NCBI RefSeq assembly: GCF_009914755.1
Contig: NC_060930.1
Origin: the human T2T-CHM13v2.0 reference genome, Homo sapiens
DNA length: 64,000 nucleotides
Direction: 5' to 3' (one strand)
Of the stretch, positions 52,566 through 64,000 are shown in pieces. A program made the position numbers and the translations under genes. Each line of letters opens with the position of its first letter. Position 1 is the stretch's first letter. The notes under the pieces are model-generated. The model made no database searches. It saw only the letters and a list, made by a program, of their open reading frames with translations, and was not told the origin of the DNA.

Positions 52566-54944
52566 TGCTATGGTTGGATGTTTGTCTTCTCCAAATCTCA
52601 TGTTGAAATTTGATTCCCAATGTTAGAGGTGGGGTCTAATGGGAGGTGTTTCAATCGTGGGACAGATCTCTTATAAATATCTTGGTTCTGTCCTTGTGGT
52701 AATGAGCAAGTTATTGCTCATTTGGTTCTTGTGAGAGCTGGTTGCTTAAAAGAACCTAGCACTTCCCCTTCTCTCTCTTGCATCCTCTCTCACATGTGAT
52801 CTCTGCACATGCTGACTTCCCTTCAACTTCCAACATGAGTGGAAGCAGCCTGAATCCCTGACCAGAAACAGATGCTGGCACCATGCTTCTTGCACAGCTT
52901 GTATAACTGTGAACCAAATAAACCTAGTTTCTTCATAAATTTGGCAGACTCATTGGTTCCTTTACAGCAACACAAATAGACTAAGACAGAAAAATTGGTA
53001 CCAAGGAGCAGGGTGTTGCCATAAAGATACTTGAAATGTGGAAAAATGGCTTTGTAACTGGGTAGTGGGCGGAGGTTGGGAGAGTTTGGAGATCTCAGAA
53101 GGCAATAAGATGAGGAAATGTGAAACTTTATAGAGATTGCTTAAGTGGTTGTGATCAAAATGCTGATAGAAATATAGACAGTAAAGGCCATGCTGGTGAT
53201 GTCTCTGGTGGAAATGAGAAACATATTGGTAATTGGAGAAAAGGGACCCTTGTTACACCTTAGCAAATAACTTAGCTGCATTATATGCATGACCTAGGGT
53301 TTTGTGGAAGGATTAAGAGTGATGACTTAGGGCACCTGGAAGAAGAAAGTTCTAAGAAGCAAAGTATGGAAGAAGTAATGTGGCTACTTTTAACAGCTTA
53401 CTATCAGATATAGGAACAAAGGAATGACCTAAAGTTGAAATTTATAATTAAAAAAGAAACAGAGTATAAAAGTTTGGAAATTTTGTAGCCTGGCCATGTG
53501 GTAGAAAAGGAAAGAGTGTTTACAGGAGAGAACGTCAAGTGTGCTAAGGAGCAAACATTTACTAGAGAGATTGACATAGATAAAAGGGAACTAGATGTTA
53601 ATAGTCAAGACAAGGGGAAATGGGTCCTGAATGCATTTCAGAAACCTTCAAGGCCTGGGGCACTGCTGCCCTGCACTACCTGCTGCTTCCTATCTTCTGG
53701 CCGCTTCACTTCCACCTCCAGCCATGGCTCAAAGAGACACAGGTACTGCATGGGTCATCACTCTGGAGGGTGCAAGCCATGAGCATTTGTGGCATCCATG
53801 TGGTGTTAAGTCTGCAGATGCACAGAATGCAAGAATAATGGAGGCTTGGAAGCTTCTACCAAGATTTCAGAGGATGTACTGGAAAGCCTGGGTGTGCAGG
53901 CCTGCCACAGGGGTGGAGCCACTGCAGAGGGTATTCACTAGGGCAGTGCATATTGGAGCCATAGCAACAGGGGCCTTACTTTTGAGACCCAAGAATTATA
54001 GAGCCACCAGCCGTGTACCTGCTCAGTCTGGAAAAGTCACAGGCATTCAACTACAATATATGCAAGCAGCCAAATGGGCTGCCCCTAGCAAAGCCATGTT
54101 GGCGAGCAGGGCTGCCTGAAGCCTTGGGAGCCAACTCCTTGCACCAGTGTGCTCAGGGTGTGGAACATGGAGTCAAAGACTATCTTGGAGCTTTAACATT
54201 GAATGTCTGCCCTGCTGGCTTTCAGACTTGCATGAGGTCTGTTACCCCTATCTTTTAGCCCATTTCTCCCTTTTGAAATTGGAGTGTTTACCTAATGTCT
54301 GTTCCATCACTGTATTTTGGAAGTAAATAACTTGACTTTGACTTTACAGGCTTGTAACTGTAAAGAACTTGCCTTGAGTCTCAAATGAGACTTTTATGTT
54401 AGACTTTTGAGTTGATGCTGGAACACGTTAAAACTTTGGGGGACTATTGGGATGGAATGAATGGAATGATAGTATTTTGTATGTGAGGACATGAGATTTC
54501 AGGGGCCAGGTATAGAATGAAATGGTTTAGATATTTGTCCTCTCTAAATCTCATGTTAAAATTTGATCCCCAATATTGGAGGTGAGGCCAATGGGAAGTG
54601 TTTTGTTCATGGGAGTGGATATCTCATGAATGTCTTGGTGTTATCTTCATGGCAATGAGTGAATTCTCACTTGATTAGTTCCTGTGAGAGCTGGTTGTTT
54701 AAAAGAGTCTGACACTTCCCTCCTCTCTCTCTTGCTTGTTTTCTCTCACATGGGATGTCAGCACACACTGGTACCCCCTTTACCTTCCACCATGAGTGGA
54801 AGTAGCCTGAGTGCCTCACTAGAAGCAAATGTTGACACCACGCTTCTTGCACAACCTGCAGAAACATGAGCCAAATAAACTTAAAAATATATAAGTTAGC
54901 CAGGTTCAGCTATTTCTTTATAGCAATGAAAATAGGCTGAAACA
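52566..54944 (+). mobile_element. MST (MSTB-like) MaLR provirus: LTR 52566-52988, internal region, LTR 54518-54944
   Basis: Two related TG...CA LTRs flank MaLR internal sequence. 5-bp TSD tatag / catag. Confidence 0.9.
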
Positions 54945-55431
54945 CATAGTTTGGATATATTTTCTCCCATTATGTAGGTTGTCTCTTCACTCTGTTGATT
55001 GTTACTTTTGTGTGCAGAAATTTTTTAGTTTGATGTTCTACTTGTACATTTTTGCTTCTTGTGGCTATGTTTTTGATATCATATCCTAAAAATCTTGGTC
55101 TGGACCTACGCCATGGAAATTTTTCCCCTGCTTTCTTCTAACAGTCTCATAGTTTCAGTTCTTATATTTAAGTCTCTAATTGATTTTGAGTTGATTTTTT
55201 ATGTGGTATGAATTAAAGGTCTATTTTTATTCCTTTGCATCTGGTTTTCTCAACACCTTTTCATGAAAAGACTGTCCTTTCCCCATAACATGTTCTTGGC
55301 ATCTTTGTCAAAAATCAGCTGGCTGTAAATGTGTGGATTAACTTCTGGGCTCTCTATTCCTTTTCATTTGTCTATGTTTTTGTTTATATTCCAGTACCAT
55401 GCTCTTTTGGTTACTTTAGCTTTGTATTACA

Positions 55432-55864
55432 CAGATGACCATCGTACAACAAATTTAAACTGCACAGGTCCACTTATACCCAGATTTTCTTCCACCTTTG
55501 CCACCCATGAGACAGAAAGACCAACCCTCTTCATCTTCCTCCTCCTCCTCAGCCTACTCAACATAAAGACAATAAAGATGAAGAACTTTATGATGACCCC
55601 TTCCACTTAATGAATAGCAAATATGTTTTCTCTTTCTTATGATTTTCTTAACATTTTCTCTAGTTTGCTTTACTGTAAGAATACAATATATTATACATAT
55701 AATATAGATAATAAGTATTAGTTGACAGTTTTTATTGTTGATGAGGCTTCCAGTCAACAGTAGGTTATTAGTAGTTAAGCTTTGGGGGGTCAAATTTTAT
55801 ACATGGATTTTTGACTGTATGGGCAGTTGTGCACTTAACCCCTGTGTTGTTCAAGGGTCAAATG
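55432..55864. mobile_element. Tigger2a-like DNA transposon
   Basis: Terminal inverted repeats cagatgacc...acaac / gttgttcaagggtcaaatg followed by TA. Internal cctcctcctcagcctactcaac. Confidence 0.85.
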
Positions 55865-56770
55865 TATTTCAAAATAAGGTAGTGTGATGCCTCTGATTTT
55901 GCTCTTTTTGCCCAAGATTGTTTTGGCTATTTAGGGGTCTATTGTGGTTTCATATAAATTTTCGTATTTTTTTATATTCCTATGAAGAATAACATTGATA
56001 TTTTAGTAGGGATTGCATTGTATTTGTAGATTGCTTTGGGTAGTATGAACATTTTAAGAATATTAATTCTTCTAATACATACACATGGGATATCTTTCCA
56101 TTTATTGGTTTTTTTCTTTAGTTTCATTCCTCAGTGTTTTAAACTTTTCATGTAGTGATCTTGCACCTCCTTGGTTAAATTTATTCCTAAGCATATTATG
56201 TTTTGTCGTTATTTTCAATGGGATTTTTCAAAATTTCTTTTTCAGATTGTTCAATGTTAGTGTATAGAAATGCTACTGATTTTTGAATGTTGATTTTATA
56301 TCCTGCAGCTTCACTGACTTCATTTATTAGTTCTAACAGTTTTTTTCCCCCCTTTGGTGGAGTGTTCTGGTTTTTGTTTTTTTTTAAATCATATAAGATC
56401 ATGTCATGTAAACAGGGACAATTAAACCTCTTTGTTTCCAATTTGGATGCCTTTTCTTTCTTTTCTTCTCTTGCCTAATTGATCTGTCTTGGACTTCTAA
56501 TACTATGTTGAATAGAAGTATTCAGAGTGGGCAGCCTTGTATTATTCCTGATCTTTGAGCAAAAGCTTTCAACTTTTCCTTGTTGGGTATGATGTTAACT
56601 GTAGGTTTGTTATGTATAGCCTTTAATGTTCCTGGTAAATTCCTTCTATACCTAATTTCTTAAGAGTTTTTATTATTTAAAATGTTTAATTTGGTCAGAT
56701 GCTTTTTTTTTTGCATCTATTGAAATGATTATATGGTTTTTGTTCTTATTCTGTTCATGTGATGTATCAC

Positions 56771-57132
56771 TGATATTGTTTGGCTGTGTCTCAACCCAAA
56801 TGTCATCTAAAATTGTAGCTCCCATAATTCCCACATGTTGTGGGAGGGATCTGGTGGGAGATAATTGAATAATGGGAGTGGTTTTCCTCATACTGTTCTC
56901 ATGGTAGTGAATAAGTCTCATGAGATCTGATGATCTTATAAGGGGTTTCCCCTTTCACTTGGCTCTCATTTTCTCTCACCCAGCACCATGTAAGACATGA
57001 CTTTTGCTTTTTGCCGTAATCATGAGGCCGCCACTGCCACGTGGAACTGTGAGTCCACTAAACCTCTTTTTCTTTATAAGTTATCCAGTCACAGGTATGT
57101 CTTTATCAGCAGTGTGAAAATGGACTAATACA
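56771..57132 (+). mobile_element. THE1B solo LTR
   Basis: tgatattgtttggctgtgtc...ggactaataca, 362 bp, with a perfect 5-bp TSD atcac. Confidence 0.93.
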
Positions 57133-57302
57133 ATCACATTTATTGATTTGCATATATTAAACCAGTCTTGTATCCCTGGGATAAATTCCACTTGATCATG
57201 AAGAATGATCTTTTTAATATGCTGTTGAATTTGGTTTGCTAGCATTTTATTGTGGATTTTTGCATCTTTGTTCTTCAGGGATTTGGCCTATAATTTTCTT
57301 TT

Positions 57303-57584
57303 ATCTTTTAGAGACAGAGTCTTTCTTGGTCACAAAGGCTGGAGTGCAGTGGAATGATCATGGCTCAGTAGTGCCTTGACCTCCTGGGCCCAAGCGATCT
57401 CTCCCTCCCCAGCTTCCCAAGTAGCTGGGACTGCAGGTGCATACCACCACCACACCCAGATAATTTTTGTGTGTTTTGCAGAGATGAGGTTTTGCCATGT
57501 TGCCCAGCCTGGTCTCCTGGGTTCAAGCGATCTGCTTGCCTCCCAAAGTGCTGGGATTACAGGTGAGAACCACTGCACCCAGCC
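57303..57584 (-). mobile_element. AluJ
   Basis: J-type diagnostics (gatcatggctc, gacctcctgggc). 20-bp TSD ttggcctataattttctttt. Confidence 0.92.
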
Positions 57585-58895
57585 TTGGCCTATAATTTTC
57601 TTTTCTTGTAATGTCCTTTCTGTCTTTGGCACGAGGGAAATGCTACCATTGTAAAATGAAATTGGAAGTATTTCTCCGGTTTTTTTTTTTTTTTTGGAAG
57701 AGTTTGAGAAGAATTGATATTGCTTCCTCTTTAAAAGTTTGGTAGATTTCAACCATAAAGCTATTTAGTCTTGGGCTTTCCCTTTTGGGAGACTTTATTA
57801 CTGTTTCACTCTTATTACTTGTAATTGGTCTTTCAGGTTTTTATACCTTCTTTGTTCAATCTTTGTAGATTGTATATGCCCAAGAATTATCCATTTCCTA
57901 AGTTATCCAATGTATTGGCATATTAAATGTTCATAATAGTTTCTTATGATCATTTGTATTTCCATTCTGTCAGTTGTAACATTTCCTTTCTGATTGTATT
58001 TATTCGACTCTTCTCTCATTTTTCTTATTTTAGCTAAAATTTGTCAATTCTTTTTATCTTCTCAAAAAACCAACTCTTACTTCTGTTGATTTTTTTGTAT
58101 TTTTCTAATCTTTATTATTTTCTTTTCATCCTTTATTATTTTCTTTATTGTTTTATTATGTTTCTTCCTTTTACTAACTTTGAGCTTAGTTTGCTCTTGT
58201 TTTTCTACTGCCTTGAGGTGCAAAGTTAGGTTGTTTATTGGAGAACTTTCCTTTTACTGTAGGGGTTTATTGCTATAAACTAGTACTTTATAGTTTATAT
58301 ATAGCAAGTTTATAGTTTATAGCAATAGTTCTAGTTTATAGACATAAACTTTATCAGTTTTCTCTATCACTTTCTCTGTCACTATTCTCTTTACAGACAT
58401 AAACTAGAATTGCTTTTGCTGTATCCCATAAGTTTTGGTATGTTGTGTTTCTACATTTGTTTTTCTGAAAAAAAAAATTAAAAAATTTCCTTTTAATTTC
58501 TTAAATGTCCCATTTCTTTAACAGCATGTTGCCTAATTTCCTTGCACTCGTGAATTTTATGAAGTTTTTTTTTTCTGTTATTGTTTCTCATTTTATACCA
58601 CTGTGGTCAGAAAAGATACTTGATATAGTTCTTAAACTTGCTAAGACTTGTTTTGTGGCCTAACATATAATCTTTCCTTGAAAATGTTAGATGCACAGTT
58701 GAGAAGAATGTATATTCTGCAACTATTGGATGTGGTGTTCTGTTTAGGTCTGTTAGGTCCATATGATCATATGGTTGGGAGTGTAGTCTAAGTTTCAGGT
58801 TTCCTTACTGGTTATCCATCAAGATCATCTGTCCATTGCTGAAAATTGGATTTTTAAAGTCCCTATTATGGTTGTGTTGCAGTCTATCTTTCTTT

Positions 58896-59227
<332 letters not shown>

Positions 59228-62200
59228 TAATATTTGCTCTATATAATTAACTGCTTTGATTCTGGGTGCATATATATTTACACTTGTTATATCCTCTTGC
59301 TGATTTGATCCCTTTATCATTTTATAAAGACTTTCTTGTGTCTTCTTACAGTTTTTAACTTAAAGTCTATTTTGTCTGATATAAGTATAGCTACTACTGT
59401 TAAATTTTGATTTCTGTTTGCATGGTATATCTTTTTATATCACTTTACTGTCAGTTTACATGTATTTTTAAAGGTGAAGTGAGTCCCTCCTAGGCAGCAT
59501 ATTATTGGTCTTGCTTTTTTTTTTTTAATCCATATAGTCATTTTGTTTTTTGTTTGAAGATTTTGATCTATTTAAGTTCGAGTTAATGATTGATATATAA
59601 GGACTTATTACTGCTATTTTGTGAATTGCTTTCTAATTGTTTTGTAGATCCTTTTTTCCTTTCTTTCTCTCTTTTTGTCTTCCTTTGTGGTTATGTGACT
59701 TTCTCCAGTTATATGTTTTGATACCTTCCCCTTTATTTTTTGTGCGTCTACTCTAGGATTTTGCTTTGTGGTTATCATGAGGCTTATAAAATAATCTTAT
59801 AGCAAATTATTTTAAGCTTTTAATAATTTGGTAATTAAAAATAACACTTTTACTCTACTCCCCTTACCTTTTGAATTTCTAATGTCATAATTTACAACTT
59901 TTTATACTGCATACCGCTTACCAAATTATTGTTGCTCTTATTATTTTAATAGTTTTATCTTTTAACCTTCTTACTAAAGATATAAGTGATTTACTTACCA
60001 CTAGTATAGTATTATTCTAAATTTAACTGTGTACATACTTTTAACAGTGAGTTTTATACTTCCAGATATTTTTGCATTACTCATTAGCATACTTTTCTTT
60101 CAGTTTAAAGAACTCCCTTTAGCATTTCTTGTAAGACGGATCTGATAGGGATGAACTCTCTCAGCCTTTGTTTGTCTGGAGAAGTATTTATCTCTCCTTA
60201 TTTTCTGAAGGACAGTTTTAGGTGGTACAGTATTCTTGGCTAGCAGTTTTCTCTATCACTTCAAATATATCATCATACTCTCCCCTAGCCTATAAGGTTT
60301 CTGTTGAGAAATTTGCTGATAGCCACATTGGAACTTCTTTGTAAGTTATTTGCTTCTTTTCTCTTGCTATTTTCAGGATCCTCTCTTTGTTTTGATTTTT
60401 GACCCTTTGATTATAACATGGGGAGGTAGTCTTGTTTGGATTGAATCTGAATAAAGCCCTTTGACCTTTCTATACCTGAATATTGAAATCTTTCAATAAA
60501 CTTTAGAAATTTTTTGCTATTATTTCTCTAAAAATCTTTCTATTATTTCATCTTTTCTTCTCCTTTAACTCCTATGGCTCAAAAATTTACTCCTTGAATG
60601 CTGTTCCGTAAATCCTATAAGCTTTTAATTCTTTTTTCTTTTTTCTCTCAGAGTGTATATTTTCAAATAACCTTATTTTGAGTTCACAGATTCATCTACT
60701 TAATCAAAGCTGATATTGATGCTTTCCATCTCATTTATCAGTTCTTTCTTTTATTGTATAGTTCCATCTCCAAAATGTCCATTTGATTGTCTGTTTTAAT
60801 TATTTCAATCTGCTTTTACATTTCTCATTCTGGTTTATTGTTTCCTCATTTCGTTAAATTGTTTTTCTATATTCTTGAAGTTCATTGAGTTTCCTTAAAC
60901 CGGTTTTTTGAATTATTTGTCAGGCAGTTTATATAGCTTCATTTCTTTAGAGTCAGTCATAGTGGCAATTTTGTCTTTTTAGCGATGCTATATTTCTCTG
61001 ATTGTTCTTCATTTTTGTGGCTATGCATCAAAGTTTGCATATTTGAAGAAGTAGATACTTATTACAGTATTTGAAGACTGACTTTGTCTGAGAAAGCCCC
61101 TCAACAGTCAACAGGCAAGCCTTGTGATGTGGTTCCAAAGCCCAGGGCCACTGGAGCTTGTATGGTACTGGGGCATACGAGAAGACTGGGCTGTCTGTGG
61201 TTGACACAGCATTGAGGCAAGCTGTAAGTCTGAGGCTACTGAGTGCAAACTGAAGACTGCATCTGAAGCCTAAGGCCTGGAGCTGCTGGGTTCCACTTGG
61301 CACCAGGGCAAGTCAGGAGTTTCAGTCCATGGGTACTGGCCTGAAGTCTGGAGTTCTGGGGGCCTGCCTGGTGCTGGGTTTTACCATGGTAGGCCTAGTT
61401 TTGGGGTCCAAATCTTATGCTCACTCTTTCCCTCAAATCGATGGTATCTTCCTCCTCACTGTGCTGTCTGTGTTTGGAGGTGCAGTGACATGGGTATGAA
61501 AAATGGTCCTTCCTACACTCTTTAATACATATTTTTTTCTTATTGTGCTATGACTGGGTACTGTGATTTCTCACCTGGTCTCTTTTGCTCTTGTAAAAGT
61601 ATTCTTGTACGTATATAGTTGTTCAAGTTGATATTTCTGAAAGGGCATGATTGTTGGAGAGTCCTATTCTGCTATCTTGCTCCAACCCTTCTTCTGAGAT
61701 TTCTTCTTTAAAAATACCAATTATGTGTCTTTTTCTGTTGCCTATATTTATCATATTCTCTGTACTTTCTGTTATATCATTGTTCTTTACTATTTAACTT
61801 TGTGTAATTTTCTGTAGTCTTATGACTTACTCTATTTTTAGCAGCTTTGAATCTATATTCCAATATAGATTATTTAATATAATTCTATATTAAATCTACA
61901 TGCCTTTCATTTCTCTGTGGATTTACTGTCACCATCTATTTCATTCATAAGTTCTGTTAGGTAACTTAGTATTTCTTTTGATTGTTTCTTCATCTATTTT
62001 AAAATCTCTTGTGTCCATTTGTTCTATTTCAAACCTTGTAAATGATTTTTCTCAAGCTTTCTTTTGAGTTCTACTTTTGATGTGAAATTTTCAATTTTAT
62101 TTTGTTTGCTTTATTTTTCTCATTATCATGGTGTTAATGTTGCTATTGTAGGACTTGAGCACAGGTGCAATGATGAATCCTTTAAACTTGGCATGGGCTT

Positions 62201-62614
62201 AGATTGTCACCCTGTGGAATAAAACAGAATCCACATAGACTTGTTCTCTGATGATCTCTTAGCCGATTTTTATCTTAACATTCTGAGATTCTTTAGAAAA
62301 AATTGCTAATAGGGCCTTCCACTATAGCCTAACATACTTTTAGAGAAAACTGTACCTTATTTAAGATTTTTAGCAGCCTTCATGATTATCTCTAGATTTG
62401 GTGCAAATTTTACTATTATATATTCTTTTAGTTTGTGATTTGAACTTATAGATGTTTCTTGGTCTTATAGAAATAGAGGTTTTATCTCTTTCATTTTTTA
62501 ATGATCTGTGATTCAGGTAGATGAATTAAATAAAATTGCATATTTTGCTCTCTTTACTTTTATTATGAAAGCACCAAGGTAATTATTTTTACACTCCCCT
62601 CTACTTATCAAACC

Positions 62615-63210
62615 ATATTCATTAGTTTTCTATTACCCCATATAAATTGCCAGAAACATAGTAGCTTAAAACAACAAACATTCATTATCTTACCATTCTG
62701 TAAGTAAGAAGCATTAATGACTTTAATTGAGTTTTCTGGTTGAGTCTTTCAAGACTGATGGGGAGAATCAATTTTCAAGGTTATTCAGGCTGTTAGCAGA
62801 GGTCAATTTCTCTTGGTGGTAGGGCTGAAGCCTTTTTTTTTTTTTTTTTTTTTTTTTTTCCTGGCTGTCAGCTGAGAGATTCCCTCACAGCTCTTTAAGG
62901 CCTTCTACATCCCTCATTACATTGGCCCTTCCATCTCCAAATCAGCAATCATGTGTGGAGTCATCTCACACTTTAAATCTCTCTGGCTCCTCTTCTGTCT
63001 TGTCTCTTCTGCCACCAGCTAAGAACTCAGTTTTCAATGACTTATGCAATTACATTGGAGCCTCCCAGATAGTCCAGAATAATTTATTTAAAAGTCCTTA
63101 AACTTAATTACTTCTGTGAAAGTCTCTTTTGCCATTTAACATAACATATTCACAGGTTTCAGAGCTTGAGGCACCAACATCAGTAGGGGGCCATTATACA
63201 TCTCACTATA
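62615..63210 (-). mobile_element. MLT1 MaLR LTR containing a poly(T) run at 62833-62859
   Basis: attagttttctatt...tagcttaaaacaacaaacattcattatctt...aacataacatattcacaggtttc...gggggccattat. Confidence 0.78.
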
Positions 63211-63835
63211 GACATTAAAGAGGGTGATCATATTTCCTAACGCATTCCAATCCTTAGCCCACATGCTTTCTAGATTAAAGTTTTTACTCTTCTGGAATAA
63301 TATACATCATAATTAGATATGTCTCTTTGCCTGTTAGAACCTATATATTTCATTTTCTTGCTTAAATTAATTAAAATACAATAGCTTTCTGTACTTAGAA
63401 TTTAAACTCCCATGGTTCAAGAGATGGGCTCTAATTACTACTCTTTAATCCCACACTCTTTTGCTCCACCCCCCTCATTATTAACTCTGTCCAACAAAAT
63501 TGCTCACTCTGGTTTTTCAATTACACTTGACTTTGCCTCAAGTCCTTTAGACTTTTTCTTTCTTCTTCATCAGACATTCTTGTCACGATCTGTGCCTGAC
63601 TCTGTTTGTCATTTAGGTTCAAATAAAATGCCATCTTTTCAAAAATGCCTTCCCTGACCATTTTTGAGATGTCTGCTCATCACTCTCCTTGGCAATTATC
63701 ATCCATTTAAGTATTTTTGTGGCATTTATCCTTATGTCCCTTCCTACATAGATGATAGAGAATGATTTAAGGATTGTACTTCTGAGTCATATCTGGCCTT
63801 ACTAGTAAGTGGAAATATAAAAGTGATCCGGTAGA

Positions 63836-64000
63836 TTTTTTTTTATTATACTTTAAATTTTAGGCTACATATGCACAACGTTCAGGTTTGTTACACATGT
63901 ATGCATGTGCCATGTTGCTGTGCTACACCCATTAACTAGTCATTTACATTAGGTATATCTCCTAATGCTATCCCCCCTTCCCCCACCCCACAACAGGCCC
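63836..64000 (-). mobile_element. L1PA 3' end; runs off the right edge
   Basis: ttttttattatactttaaattttagg...catttacattaggtatatctcctaatgctatccc. Confidence 0.93.

Noticed and set aside
53498-54258. ORFs up to 162 aa
   Set aside because: Decayed MaLR internal sequence of the MST element.

Overview
Primate (human-like) genomic DNA, almost entirely repeat-derived, with no intact protein-coding gene that I can support. Positions 1-~25470 are a diverged tandem array of a ~75-bp palindromic unit (SATR1/SATR2-type satellite; consensus approx. GGATATTAGGAACAATATCACAGGGGGGTGTACACCCCCTGCGATATTGGGAGTAATATCATCCTCTCCCCCCT). The array is organised into sub-variant blocks, contains a ~1.9-kb inverted block, and is interrupted by rearranged L1PA pieces and two Alus. 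Positions ~25470-64000 are a patchwork of transposable elements: a full-length L1PA3-like element with target-site duplications (TSDs), several older L1s (two with twin-priming inversions), MER6A, MER82, MER58A, Tigger2a, an MST provirus, THE1B/MLT LTRs, Alus, MIR and L2. This half also holds a 5' fragment of a processed RAB5A pseudogene that the ORF track misses. The most notable unexplained structure is (i) a compensatory base-pair switch that preserves the satellite hairpin across whole sub-arrays, (ii) a repeated A->B->C block order in the array, (iii) a mosaic of shared non-consensus substitutions, including shared stop codons, among four neighbouring L1PA copies, and (iv) a fold-back-like L1/satellite inversion. 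All family names come from recalled consensus sequences and by-eye comparison, not from database searches.
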